A stretch of 64,000 nt of DNA from a virus (Duplodnaviria > Caudoviricetes), in IMG/VR virus record IMGVR_UViG_3300026549_000029, positions 128,001 to 192,000 of that record. One strand, written 5' to 3'. The translations under genes and the position numbers were made by a program. Positions within the stretch are counted from its first letter, which is position 1. Each line of letters starts with the position of its first letter. The notes under the pieces are model-generated. The model searched no databases, was not told the origin of the DNA, and worked only from the letters and a program-made list of their open reading frames with translations. This document shows positions 49,914 to 60,258 of this stretch, piece after piece.

Positions 49914-52793
49914 TTATCTGTAGTAAAATATAATTCTGAAATTATCAATGGTAAGAGGTTCTTTAGTGTAATAAATTGTATAATCATTATACTCTATAGA
50001 TGCCCATCCACTAAACTGTTCCAAACCAGAAAAGTCTTTAATAGAAATTAAAGGTTCAATAGATTTAGGAGTAGCAAAAACAAAATGTTCATCATTTGCA
50101 GTATAATAATAATTTGTACTTTGATTTAATACCGTAGCTTTATTCTTTTCTTGAGCAATTAATCCAGTTAGATCTGTAGGAATATCATGAGTTACACCAA
50201 AATAAAGTGTAATAGTTTCATTACTTCCTTCAGGAGCTAAAATCTGTCTCATAAGATCAAGAAGTTGAGCATTAGAATTAATAACAGTACCAGCAGGAAC
50301 TCCACCAACATCTACAGTTGTTGTAAATCCTGTTTCATAAGATGTCTTTTTATTAATAAAATCAGCAAGAGAATCATACTCCTCAGGTACTTCACCAATA
50401 AGATCAGTTACAGTTTTTCCATCAGGTAATTCTCCAATTTCATCTTTGACATCTTTAATATAATCTGCAATATTTTCATACTCATCAGGTAATTCACCAA
50501 CAATAGCAGTTACATACTCTGCTAATGAATTATATTCCTCGGGTACTTCACCTACAGAATTTTTAATGTCATCAAGATAATCAATTACAGAATTATACTT
50601 GCTAGGAACTTCACCAATCGTATCTTTGATAAAATCAACTACAGAGTCAGTACCATCAGGTAATTCTCCAATTTTATTGCTAATAGCATCTACATATTCA
50701 GATACAGAGTTATATTCATCAGGAAGATTACCAATAGTATTATTAATAAGGTCAACTACTGAAGTTGTACCATCAGGTAATTCTCCAATAAGATCAGTTA
50801 CAGAACTAACTCCATCAGGAAGATCACCAATCTTATCATTAACATAATCGGTTACAGATTTTCCATCTGGAACTTCACCAATAAGTTCAGTAACAGAATT
50901 TATACCATCTGGAAGATTACCGATAAGATCTGTTACAGATTTTCCATCTGGAACTTCACCAATAAGTTCAGTAACAGAATTTATACCATCTGGAAGATCT
51001 CCAATAAGATCGGTAATAGAATTTACCCCATCAGGTAAATTACCAATAAGATCCGTTACAGATTTTCCATCTGGCAATTCTCCAACTTTATTATCAATAA
51101 GATCAGTTACAGAACTAACTCCATCAGGTAATTCTCCAATAAGATCGGTAATAGAATTTACCCCATCAGGAAGTTCACCAATTTTATCATCAATATAATC
51201 TGCTACAGAATCATACCCATCTGGAAGATCTCCAACAGATTCTTCAATTTTCTTGTCTACATAAGATGCAACAGTTTCTCCATCTGGAAGACCAATAAGT
51301 TCTCTTACAACAGGAGCAACAATTTCAGTTTTATGTTCTTCAATATAGGTTTCTACATAAGTATTTACAAACTTAGTGATATCGATCGGATATACAATAG
51401 AAATATAAGTAGATTCGGTTGTCTCAATAGTAGTTTCATTATCATATGTATGAAGTTTTCTATACTGAGTTTGAACTTCAGGAGCAAATTCAAAGAATTC
51501 TCCATCTATTACATACTGAATTGCAGCACCATAATCAAGTTCACCAGTAGAAGAAATCCAGTCAGATATAATAGTTTCACCACTATAAGATTCAATATAC
51601 TTTATTCTTCTAAGAACACCAATCTTTCCATTATAGCTGGTAATATGATCAGCCACATACATTTCATCTTCAATGAAGAGATTAGGCTTAGCTGCAGTAT
51701 TTTTAGTAGGAACTGCTCTAAGAGTAATTGTCTCTGGAAGAATCAAAGTCTGATTGATATCTCTTATAGAAGAATAAACATCAATTCTAGAGAGTTCAAC
51801 ACTTTTAAATGTTTCTTTATCAGTATATCCAAAGATCTTCATATCAATAGGACCAATTACAGTTTCCTTCAATGTAGGATCTTTACCCATAAAGAAACTA
51901 GTTACTGCTACAGCAGATTTACCCAATGTCTGGGTAAACTCTTCTTCAGTTCCAGGATATCCTCCTTCAACTGCATATTCATATGCAGACTTACCAGGCT
52001 CACCCTGTTTTCCTTCAGGACCCACAGTAAGAGATCCAAGGTAATCATATCCTTTAACTTGTATAGGATCGGTATTGCCAGAGTCATCAATAAAACAACC
52101 ACAGCCACAATTGCAATTAGAATTACCATCCTCTTTTCTAACAAAAAGATATGTATCATCAAGCACAATAGCGACAAGTTTTCCAATAGGAACTTCACAT
52201 CTATCAGTTTCTGCTTCTATAATAGAATGAAATACTTTATAGATTTCTAAAGCTCCAGCTTCTCCAGTATCTCCTTTAGGTCCAATAAGACTAGTAAGCC
52301 ATTCTTCTTCAGTACCATTGAATCCAAGAGCTACAGCACATTCATATGCCGACATACCTTGAGATCCAACTGCAGCATTCCAAGTTATGCCATCTAAGCT
52401 ATATTGGAATACACCAACTTCATTTTCTCTAACTAATGTAATTCTTTGATCTTCATTGGATACAGAGCAAACAATATTTTCTACAACACTAGTAGAAGAT
52501 ATCACATTAATATCAAGAATTTGACTTGGCTGAACATAAATAACTTCTCCAGAATATTCAGAAGAACCATCGATTTGAATGTAAGCAGTGGTGCCAACTG
52601 CTCCAAGAGAAGAATTGAAATTGCATCCAATTTTAGTTACAATACCAATAATTGAAAATCTTTCTCCGTTCTTCTTATAAGTGCAAGAGACAGTATCTTC
52701 ATGTTTAACAGTTACAGTTTTAATTATATCATTATCAAAAGAGAGTGTAAATCTGATCTGTGGGATGATTGTATATGAACTATCTAAAAGCAT
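49914..52793 (-). CDS. Large structural protein with short collagen-like segments and GELPDG repeats
   Basis: SAYECAVALGFNGTEEEWLTSLIGPKGDTG, GPEGKQGEPGKSAYEYA; ~18 G(E/D/N)(L/V)P(D/E) repeats. Confidence 0.75.
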   Translation of the reverse strand: MLLDSSYTIIPQIRFTLSFDNDIIKTVTVKHEDTVSCTYKKNGERFSIIGIVTKIGCNFNSSLGAVGTTAYIQIDGSSEYSGEVIYVQPSQILDINVISSTSVVENIVCSVSNEDQRITLVRENEVGVFQYSLDGITWNAAVGSQGMSAYECAVALGFNGTEEEWLTSLIGPKGDTGEAGALEIYKVFHSIIEAETDRCEVPIGKLVAIVLDDTYLFVRKEDGNSNCNCGCGCFIDDSGNTDPIQVKGYDYLGSLTVGPEGKQGEPGKSAYEYAVEGGYPGTEEEFTQTLGKSAVAVTSFFMGKDPTLKETVIGPIDMKIFGYTDKETFKSVELSRIDVYSSIRDINQTLILPETITLRAVPTKNTAAKPNLFIEDEMYVADHITSYNGKIGVLRRIKYIESYSGETIISDWISSTGELDYGAAIQYVIDGEFFEFAPEVQTQYRKLHTYDNETTIETTESTYISIVYPIDITKFVNTYVETYIEEHKTEIVAPVVRELIGLPDGETVASYVDKKIEESVGDLPDGYDSVADYIDDKIGELPDGVNSITDLIGELPDGVSSVTDLIDNKVGELPDGKSVTDLIGNLPDGVNSITDLIGDLPDGINSVTELIGEVPDGKSVTDLIGNLPDGINSVTELIGEVPDGKSVTDYVNDKIGDLPDGVSSVTDLIGELPDGTTSVVDLINNTIGNLPDEYNSVSEYVDAISNKIGELPDGTDSVVDFIKDTIGEVPSKYNSVIDYLDDIKNSVGEVPEEYNSLAEYVTAIVGELPDEYENIADYIKDVKDEIGELPDGKTVTDLIGEVPEEYDSLADFINKKTSYETGFTTTVDVGGVPAGTVINSNAQLLDLMRQILAPEGSNETITLYFGVTHDIPTDLTGLIAQEKNKATVLNQSTNYYYTANDEHFVFATPKSIEPLISIKDFSGLEQFSGWASIEYNDYTIYYTKEPLTIDNFRIIFYYR
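50360..51300 (-). repeat. Tandem 13-21 aa repeats IG(E/D/N)(L/V)PDG..S(V/I).D
   Basis: About 18-19 units; a ~67-nt identical stretch recurs with 81-nt period near 50851 and 50932. Confidence 0.85.
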
Positions 52794-52844
52794 TTTATAT
52801 ACACCATACCTTTCACTTAGTTTGATTACTATTAAGTTTCAATA

Positions 52845-53105
52845 AAAAATACAGAAGAAACCCAGTAGGGAAGGCTCCTACTGGGTCTTCTGTCAAAAAA
52901 TAACGAAAGGAGGTTTAGTCATGAACAACAAATAACAAGCATACAATAAATCAGAAAGGATAACGACAAGTTATGAAACACAGGAGAAAAGCATGAAACC
53001 CAACACACGCAAAATAACAAAAAGGAGGTATATATGATTGTGGAAATCACATTATTGAAAAATGCATAATTAAAGGAAATGGGCAGTAATTACACATTCT
53101 CATTT
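52845..53105 (-). ncRNA. Candidate anti-Shine-Dalgarno / anti-start-codon small RNA
   Basis: + strand carries five SD..ATG units (ATG at 52921, 52973, 52993, 53034, 53079); minus strand has AACA-TATAAA-TA (53116-53105) upstream and a terminator downstream. Confidence 0.5.
52851..52893 (-). terminator. Intrinsic terminator on the minus strand
   Basis: ACAGAAGA..CCCAGTAGG-loop-CCTACTGGG-TCTTCTGT; U tract only on the minus-strand side (AATAAAAAAT at 52841-52850). Confidence 0.85.
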
Positions 53106-53117
53106 ATTTATATGTTA

Positions 53118-54308
53118 TTACTGTCGATTATTAAGATTTAAAATGCATTTTTTAAGATTATTTAAAAATCCATCATAGAATTTCTTAGATTTCTCATCTA
53201 AAGAATCATACATCAATCCTTTAGGATTTATTCTATCAAGAAGAATGATGTTCTTAATAAAATAATACATAAAACTATGTTCTTCTATATTATCTGGAGA
53301 ATAGTTCATACAATATTTACAAAATGCTAAACATAATTTCATATTAGATTTACTATCTCCAATAATATGTCTATCTAATACTACAGGACAATATTGAATA
53401 TCATTAATATTATTATTATGCTTTAAATATTTAGCATTAAAAGAAAGAAATACTTTTTTAGGTTTTTCTAAATCAAACTTCTTAATTTTTACATGCTTAC
53501 AATACTCAGAAAAATTAGTTAAATTATAAGCCTCATCAATAACACTTTTAATTTTCTCTAATTTCTCAACAGCTTCTTCTTTACCTTCTGCTTTACATCT
53601 AGCAATAGCAGCATCAATTTCCTTTTTTCTTTCTTCATCAAAAGACATTAAAATATTACCAAATTCTTTTGATGTTTCATTCTGAAGTTTCTGAAAATCT
53701 TGATCAAATCCAGCAAGCATAGTATCTAAGTCTATATAAGCATTTTTCTTTTCCCATTCTTTTGCTAATTCTCCAATAAGTAAATTAGCAGCATAATTAA
53801 GTCTGGTTTTATTTCCAAGAAATGCTAATGCTGGTCCATCATCAGAAGATTTTCTAACAATATCAAGTGCTGATTCTTTTAGAAAACTAGGAAGTTCATC
53901 ATAACTAATTTTTTCACCATTAAATTTTTTCTTAATGATATTATTTAAAATATTTATCTCTTCTAAATCAGTAAGTTCAGATTCTACAGTTCTAGGAAGA
54001 ATATTCTTAATTTCATCAAAAGTAAGAGAAACTTCTTCTCCACCAGTGAATCTATTAAAATGTAAATCTGATAATACTTTAGTATTTGTACTAGCAGTAT
54101 CTGCTGTTATATCTCCAGTAATAGGATTATATATACCGGTAGTAGATATAGGAGATTCAGTAGTATTAATATCTAACTCTTTTAAGTCTGCATAACTTGT
54201 ACTTCCATCTTCATTTTCTACTATACCTTTAGCAGATTCTAAAAGATTATTGTAAAGCTCATCTACTTTATTATTGTCTATATTATTCATTTTAAATATC
54301 TTCTCCAC
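53118..54308 (-). CDS. Hypothetical protein (396 aa)
   Basis: Long ORF; likely start MNNID after GGAG. Confidence 0.75.
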   Translation of the reverse strand: MEKIFKMNNIDNNKVDELYNNLLESAKGIVENEDGSTSYADLKELDINTTESPISTTGIYNPITGDITADTASTNTKVLSDLHFNRFTGGEEVSLTFDEIKNILPRTVESELTDLEEINILNNIIKKKFNGEKISYDELPSFLKESALDIVRKSSDDGPALAFLGNKTRLNYAANLLIGELAKEWEKKNAYIDLDTMLAGFDQDFQKLQNETSKEFGNILMSFDEERKKEIDAAIARCKAEGKEEAVEKLEKIKSVIDEAYNLTNFSEYCKHVKIKKFDLEKPKKVFLSFNAKYLKHNNNINDIQYCPVVLDRHIIGDSKSNMKLCLAFCKYCMNYSPDNIEEHSFMYYFIKNIILLDRINPKGLMYDSLDEKSKKFYDGFLNNLKKCILNLNNRQ

Positions 54309-54507
54309 TATTAATTACTTCATTTTCAGGTTTAGCAATAGGCTTATACGATATACAATTACATCTAGGGCATTTTGCCCAAATTTTATCATAATATTTT
54401 CTAAATGGTTCTCTATCCGAATAAATATTTGTTCTATAAATCATAGCACATGATAAGCAAACAAATCTTTCTTCTATATCATGTTGTTTAAGCCTATCTT
54501 CAGTCAT
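54292..54507 (-). CDS. Small zinc-ribbon protein
   Basis: CLSC...CPRC. Confidence 0.65.
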   Translation of the reverse strand: MTEDRLKQHDIEERFVCLSCAMIYRTNIYSDREPFRKYYDKIWAKCPRCNCISYKPIAKPENEVINSGEDI

Positions 54508-54518
54508 TTTCTTTTACT

Positions 54519-55307
54519 CTAATCTCCCAAAGCCTCAATTTCACTTCCTAATTGTTGTAAATTTAATTTAATTAATGTAAGAATGTCTGCTGCTTCTTTA
54601 CCAAATATAAATGATTCATAATACTTTCTAAAAAACATTCCAGTTGTATCAGTAATAATACTAGCAATATAATTGCCAATATCTATATTAGATCCAGAAT
54701 AGACAGTGCTTAAAATAGTATATAGATTAATATCAAAATTACTAATTTGATCAATTACATATTCAAGATTACAATGAATACCAGCTAAGCTAGGATCTTT
54801 AAATAATTTTTTAGAATAAATATAAGTAGTTTCATTAATTTTATCCATTTCTGATAAATTTAATGCCAAATCAATAGATTTTCTTTCTCTAATTAAATAT
54901 AAAGTATAAAAATTAATTAATGAAGATGTAAAATTAGATACAAATGTATCATATAACCAATATGCAGCAGAGAATATATCTGTATCATCATTTTGAATAA
55001 ATGCAAAATCATAATAATTACAAATAATATTTATAATGTTATTATAAACTCTAGTTCTTGTAGATAGAATTTCATCTGTATTAGATGTAAATCCATCGGT
55101 TAATTCTTTAAAAGTAATTTCAAAAGCATTAACTATATTAGGTCTAGGAAGATCATATAACCTAAATCTGTTATTAATGGAATCCTTAACTATATCTAAA
55201 ATATAGTCATCACTAAACCGAGATAGAATCCCAGCAAGTTGATTATCTATATTTACATTAGTTATAGCAGGATTATATTGGAATGGAACCCCATTAAATT
55301 CTGTCAT
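54519..55307 (-). CDS. Hypothetical protein
   Basis: AAGGAG RBS. Confidence 0.75.
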   Translation of the reverse strand: MTEFNGVPFQYNPAITNVNIDNQLAGILSRFSDDYILDIVKDSINNRFRLYDLPRPNIVNAFEITFKELTDGFTSNTDEILSTRTRVYNNIINIICNYYDFAFIQNDDTDIFSAAYWLYDTFVSNFTSSLINFYTLYLIRERKSIDLALNLSEMDKINETTYIYSKKLFKDPSLAGIHCNLEYVIDQISNFDINLYTILSTVYSGSNIDIGNYIASIITDTTGMFFRKYYESFIFGKEAADILTLIKLNLQQLGSEIEALGD

Positions 55308-55461
55308 AATTAATTCTCCTTATTACAAATTAATTTTTATAAAAAAGTACAATAAAATGTAATAATTAAAAATATAAATATATCTATTTATAAATATTTT
55401 TAGATAGATATTATAATAATGAAACTGTGGGTAATATTACTATTTAGGAGGAATAGTGACC

Positions 55462-55506
55462 ATGAAAAAATTCAATAAGAGTAATAAAAGGAGGTTTAAT
55501 TTATGA
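55462..55506 (+). CDS. 14-aa leader ORF MKKFNKSNKRRFNL
   Basis: AGGAGG RBS at 55446-55451; stop overlaps the next start (ATGA). Confidence 0.35.
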   Translation: MKKFNKSNKRRFNL

Positions 55507-56711
55507 TTGGAGAAGAACGATCAAAAAATTTTTGGAGAATAAGAGATAAAAATATAAAAAGAGAAAAAAGAAAAGAAATGCTAAAGAGATTAAAAGATAA
55601 CTTTATTTTGATCTCTTTGACAGCAAGTTCCATAATAGCATTGCTGATAGTTATTGGATTTGGATTTAAAGCAAATCCAAAAACAGCTGTCAATGGTACC
55701 ACTATAAAAAAAGAACCAATTAAAATTGTGATGGTCAACAATAGTAAATATGTCAATGAATCTATTCCTACTAAAACTTTAGGAATAGATTATTCTAAAA
55801 GGGTGCAGTATCAGAGTTTAACATTTAGAAATATTAATGCTAGAAAGAGTCCAGATGTCAATTCAGACATTGTATCTGAAATTCCTCAAAATACATTTGT
55901 AGATGTATTGGAGGATAAGGGGGATTGGATTAAAATATTACATGATGGTTCTCCTGCATATGTAAAGTCAGATTATGTGGGAACTATTATGGAATATAAA
56001 AAATTTAATTCCATTGATAAAAAGACATTTACTAATGTAAATGTTAGAACTGGACCATCTGAAGATTCTGAATCTGCATTTGTATTAGATGCTGGAACAG
56101 ATGTAGATTTTATAAAAGAGGAAAATGGATGGTCTGAAATTCTTTATAATGACCAGACATATTATATTAAGTCTGATTATATAGGAGATGAAGATGATTA
56201 TAAGGAGTATCAAGCTAATCTTGATAAAACTCCTTATAGTAACTATTTGGTTGAGAAATATAAATTCAGTAAGGATTTACAGAAATATACATATGATCTC
56301 TGTAGAGAATTCTATCCTGCTGATCCAGAACATTATTATGCTCTCTTATTGGGAATGATGCAACAAGAGAGTGACTTTGGGAGAGAAAGATCCAACTACA
56401 ACAAAAATGGTAGTAGGGATTTAGGAATCTTACAAGTTAATAGTTGCAATTGGAAAGAGCTTAAAAAGAAAGGATTAATAAGCTCTTATGATATGTCAAC
56501 CTTAACTTGTGATGAATTGCAGTATAATGATTATATAAACATTCGTGCTGCAATGGATGAAATAAATATTTGTGTTAATAACCATGGTATCTCTGAAAAT
56601 GCTTACTGGTCATATAATACTGGTAAGCATAAAAAGAAAGGTACCAATAAAAATTCCCATAAAGTATGGAAATACTATGGGGAATGGTGCAACAGATTAT
56701 ACCAGGAATAA
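55503..56711 (+). CDS. Membrane-anchored cell-wall hydrolase: two SH3b domains and an SLT lytic transglycosylase domain
   Basis: N-terminal hydrophobic helix; INARKSP..W.KI..YVKSDYV and VNVRTGP..WSEI..YIKSDYI; MQQESDFG, DLGILQVNS, YNTG. Confidence 0.85.
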   Translation: MIGEERSKNFWRIRDKNIKREKRKEMLKRLKDNFILISLTASSIIALLIVIGFGFKANPKTAVNGTTIKKEPIKIVMVNNSKYVNESIPTKTLGIDYSKRVQYQSLTFRNINARKSPDVNSDIVSEIPQNTFVDVLEDKGDWIKILHDGSPAYVKSDYVGTIMEYKKFNSIDKKTFTNVNVRTGPSEDSESAFVLDAGTDVDFIKEENGWSEILYNDQTYYIKSDYIGDEDDYKEYQANLDKTPYSNYLVEKYKFSKDLQKYTYDLCREFYPADPEHYYALLLGMMQQESDFGRERSNYNKNGSRDLGILQVNSCNWKELKKKGLISSYDMSTLTCDELQYNDYINIRAAMDEINICVNNHGISENAYWSYNTGKHKKKGTNKNSHKVWKYYGEWCNRLYQE

Positions 56712-56756
56712 TATTCCTGCTATAAAATAAAACTTGATAAAAAGGAGAAAACAAAA

Positions 56757-57143
56757 ATGGCAAATGAGAAAAAGGATAATAAAATTAAGTGTTTATTTGC
56801 ACAGTGTATGGAGGATAATTTTTGTAATAATTGTAAAAAACATTGCGATGGAGCATTTAAACCAAATGGACATAATGCATTATATATGGATGCATCTGCC
56901 ATGTGTGGAATGGTAACTGGAAAGATTCCGGAGGTTTTTTATGTTAATTCTGAGCAGGCTGAAGGGTTAATAAAAGAAAGTAAAGCAGTGTATGCTTCAA
57001 TTAAAATTCCAATGGATGAGATCAGTAAGTATATTTGTGATGATGGACCAGATAAAGGTAAAGTTTATAAGATTCAATTATTCTTTGTAGTTCATAATAA
57101 CCCTGATACTTCTTCTAATAATGAAGATAAGGAGGTATTATGA
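56757..57143 (+). CDS. Cys-rich hypothetical protein
   Basis: AAGGAG RBS; CxxCxxxC cluster. Confidence 0.7.
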   Translation: MANEKKDNKIKCLFAQCMEDNFCNNCKKHCDGAFKPNGHNALYMDASAMCGMVTGKIPEVFYVNSEQAEGLIKESKAVYASIKIPMDEISKYICDDGPDKGKVYKIQLFFVVHNNPDTSSNNEDKEVL

Positions 57144-57580
57144 ATTGCTATGTTCCAAAGAATGAAACAGATGTATGGGACTTGATATATAAAAATAGAC
57201 TCTATGAAGAGCTATTTTTATATCGGGCTGAAGCTGGATGCAGTATCTGTGAAAATGCATCTAATTGTAAGCCTACAGAAAATAATGAAGCATGTGAGGA
57301 TTGTTTAAATAATCCGCACAATGTTGTATCGAATTTTTCCATAAGTAGAATAACAGCTGCAAAGCTGCTAGAGCCTATGAGAAAAATTCAAAAGAGGAAC
57401 CATTTACTTTCTCTTATTATAGGAAAAGAAGGTTGCCCTCTTTGCTCTAGAAAAGACTGGACAGGGCTTATGGCAGCTTACTTCTTTGATGGTAATGGAA
57501 ATACCAGGTTTGGAGAAGTAAATGCTATGTTCTGTCCAATCTGCGGGAAAGAATATAACTATAATAAGAAAGCTGATTAA
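57140..57580 (+). CDS. Cys-rich zinc-binding protein
   Basis: CSIC, CEDC, CPLC, FCPICG. Confidence 0.7.
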   Translation: MNCYVPKNETDVWDLIYKNRLYEELFLYRAEAGCSICENASNCKPTENNEACEDCLNNPHNVVSNFSISRITAAKLLEPMRKIQKRNHLLSLIIGKEGCPLCSRKDWTGLMAAYFFDGNGNTRFGEVNAMFCPICGKEYNYNKKAD

Positions 57581-57627
57581 AAAAAAATGTGGGGGTAGGT
57601 TTATACCTATCCCCTATTTATTTTTTC

Positions 57628-58338
57628 TTAAAATTCTTTTAGATTATCATCAAATTCTTCTACAGTACCAATAGATACTAATCTATCTAAACTAACTTCA
57701 TTATCCGTATCTTCATTATCTTTTATATCATCACTAGTATCTCTGGGTCTAAATAATTTTTCATAATCATAATTATCATATCCTTCTTTATCAGCACCAA
57801 GTTTCTTAATAAATTCTCTATATTCATTTTCTTCTTCTTCTAATTCTTTAATATTCTTTTCTATATGCTCTATATATAAATTCAATAGTACTACATCTAT
57901 CATTTTATTAGTTCTAATAGTTTCAGAGAATACTTTTTGTTTAGATTCAAATGTAGGAAAATATGGAAATTTATATAAATAAGTAAGAGGATTTTCTAAT
58001 GTAGTATTAGGAATATATTCTATATGCTCTTCATAATCTCTAGAAAAAGAATTTTCTAGAGAAGCTTTAGCCATATCTTTAAAAAGATCTGGAGAAGTAG
58101 TATTATTTTTTAATATGTTTTTAACAAATTCATTTCTTTTTATATATTCTGAAACACATGATACAAAAGAAGGTGAATTAGCAATTCTATGAAAATTTTC
58201 TTCCATAATTTTAGCTTTAACCTTTTTATATCTAAAAAATTCTTCTATCAATAATATAAGGACTCCAAGAATAATACCAAGAATAAGATAAAGAGGATTA
58301 AAATTAGAATAATTAGCATCCATATATAATAAGTCCAT
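57628..58338 (-). CDS. Hypothetical protein with N-terminal membrane anchor
   Basis: LYLILGIILGVLILLI; AAAGGAG RBS. Confidence 0.7.
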   Translation of the reverse strand: MDLLYMDANYSNFNPLYLILGIILGVLILLIEEFFRYKKVKAKIMEENFHRIANSPSFVSCVSEYIKRNEFVKNILKNNTTSPDLFKDMAKASLENSFSRDYEEHIEYIPNTTLENPLTYLYKFPYFPTFESKQKVFSETIRTNKMIDVVLLNLYIEHIEKNIKELEEEENEYREFIKKLGADKEGYDNYDYEKLFRPRDTSDDIKDNEDTDNEVSLDRLVSIGTVEEFDDNLKEF

Positions 58339-58433
58339 AAAGATTCTCCTTTATATTATTTTTTATATAGATATTAATCATAAAATAAAAATTTAACACA
58401 CCAATAATTTAGTATATATAAAGGATGTAATAT

Positions 58434-59857
58434 ATGGCTATAATTACAAATCCATCAATTCCTATACAAGTACATTATGATTATAATACTAAAAATGAAT
58501 CTTTTATGAAAATGCATTATTTTCTTAAAGCTAAAGGTATTAAAAATAATGCATTTTTTCTACTTCTGTATGATGGTGGTCTTATGGGAGTTAATCCATA
58601 TGATCCAAATTTATCTAGAGAAATGAAAATAAGGATTCTTAGAGAATGTATTGTTAATTTTTGGTATTATATTAGAGAAGTAGCACGTATTCCAGTTGAA
58701 GGCGCTCAATCTAAACGATATGAATTACACAGAGCTAATTTAGCTCTAAACTATATGTTTGTGTATAATATTAATAGTATTAATATTTGGCCCAGGCAAT
58801 TTGGGAAGAGCGTTAGTACGATTCAATATTATCTGTGGTGTTTTAATTTTGGTACTCAAAATAGTAGAATCATATTTAGTAACAAAAAGCACGATGATTC
58901 TAAATCTAATCTTAGATTACTTAAAAACTTTAGATCTGCTTTACCAGAATACCTTAGAATGGATCAAGTAATAGGTCCAGATGGGAAACAGATAAGAGTT
59001 CCTAATAGTTCTGAAACATTGCAAAATCCTATAAACCATAATATGATATCAACATTACCTGGTGCTAGAACAGAAGCTTTAGCTGAGGGTGCAGGAAGAG
59101 GTGCTACAGTTCCCTTATTATATTTCGACGAATTCGCATTTTTACCTTATAACGACGTTGTATATGCAGCAGCAGCTCCTGCATTTTCTACAGCATCACA
59201 AAATGCTAAGAAAAATGGTGCACCTCATAACATAACAATTACAACTACTCCTGGAGATTTAACTACTAAAGAAGGTCAATTTGCTTATAATATGGTTTCT
59301 ATAGCAACACAATGGAATGAAGCATACTATGATTACTCATATGATAAATTAGTAGCATTAATGGAATCTAATAAGCAGTCTAGTTTCATGCATATCAGAT
59401 ACACTTATCAAATGCTTGGTAAAGGTGCTAAATACTTTGATGATATGGTAAGAATGTTTGGTACTGATTATGCTAAGCTTAGAAGAGAAATTTTAATAGA
59501 ATGGTCCAAGATATCTGATAATAGTCCCTTTAATAGAGAAGATCTTGAAGTTATTTCTTCTATGGTTAAGCAAGAACCTCGTTATACACTCTTCTTTGGC
59601 AAGGCCGGACAATTCCAAATGAAATTCTGGGATACTGTTCCAATAGGATCTACATATCCATTATTAATTGGAGTTGATGTATCCTCTGGTGTACATAGAG
59701 ATGCTTCTGCTATTACAGTAGTAGATTCTGAAACTACTAAAGTTATTGCTACATTTAGAAATAACTTTATTACTATGCCAGAATTGGCAGATCTTATATA
59801 TCAATTTGTAACTAATTATGCCAAGAACGCTATTATCTGCGTGGAAAACAACGGAGC
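58434..59857 (+). CDS. terL: Terminase large subunit, exon 1
   Basis: Walker A PRQFGKS, Walker B LLYFDE, TTTPG coupling motif, nuclease IGVDVSSG, CVENNG; late promoter at 58395. Confidence 0.9.
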
Positions 59858-60258
59858 AACTAAAGTCTCACCTAGTAGAGTAATCTGCTATGGTTTCAGT
59901 GTTAATTGCTATGACTCACTGGTTAAGAGCCAAACTTACTACAACGTAGCCTGAAAAGACAAGCGTGAATGTTGAGAAATCAGAAAGAAAAGTTTGGATA
60001 AAGATATGGTTAAATCCTAAGTCTTTGTTAGAAGCCAAGATATAGCAGTGAATTAGCTTCTTTATTTTTATAAATAAAATGCTAAACATTCAACGATCAT
60101 CTCCTTACGGGAGAGTAGAACCTCAAGCTTATGGAGGAAGAAAAATACTGCCCCATATCTTATATATGGGTGAACAAATGATCTGATCACTACTTATAAT
60201 GAGAGTGTCTAGAATTAACTAGAGGGTTTAGCTTGCGACTATTCCTAAACATAAATGG
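59858..60258 (+). mobile_element. Group I intron (401 nt, no ORF) in terL; boundaries uncertain by 1 nt
   Basis: P2 TAGTAGA-GTAA-TCTGCTA, P4 TTGCTAT/ATAGCAG, R TTCAACGATCAT, S AAATGATCTG, P7 GATCAT/ATGATC, P10 AACTAAA/TTTGGTT; removal restores the frame ENNG(A/G)FGSSV. Confidence 0.85.

Noticed and set aside
47678-52655. Alternative-frame and antisense ORFs over the fibre cluster (e.g. 47678..48133, 48582..49154, 51333..52250)
   Set aside because: Leu-rich or antisense shadows caused by biased codon usage in the real genes.
52895-53100. CRISPR mini-array or ordinary small genes
   Set aside because: No fixed-length direct repeat; ORFs are only 4-21 codons and the promoter and terminator face the other strand. 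Kept as an ncRNA candidate instead.
59858-60258. C-terminal tail of track ORF 58434..59954 and N-terminus of 60233..61066 as real protein; frameshifted terminase pseudogene
   Set aside because: These are intron sequence read in frame; splicing gives one intact terminase.
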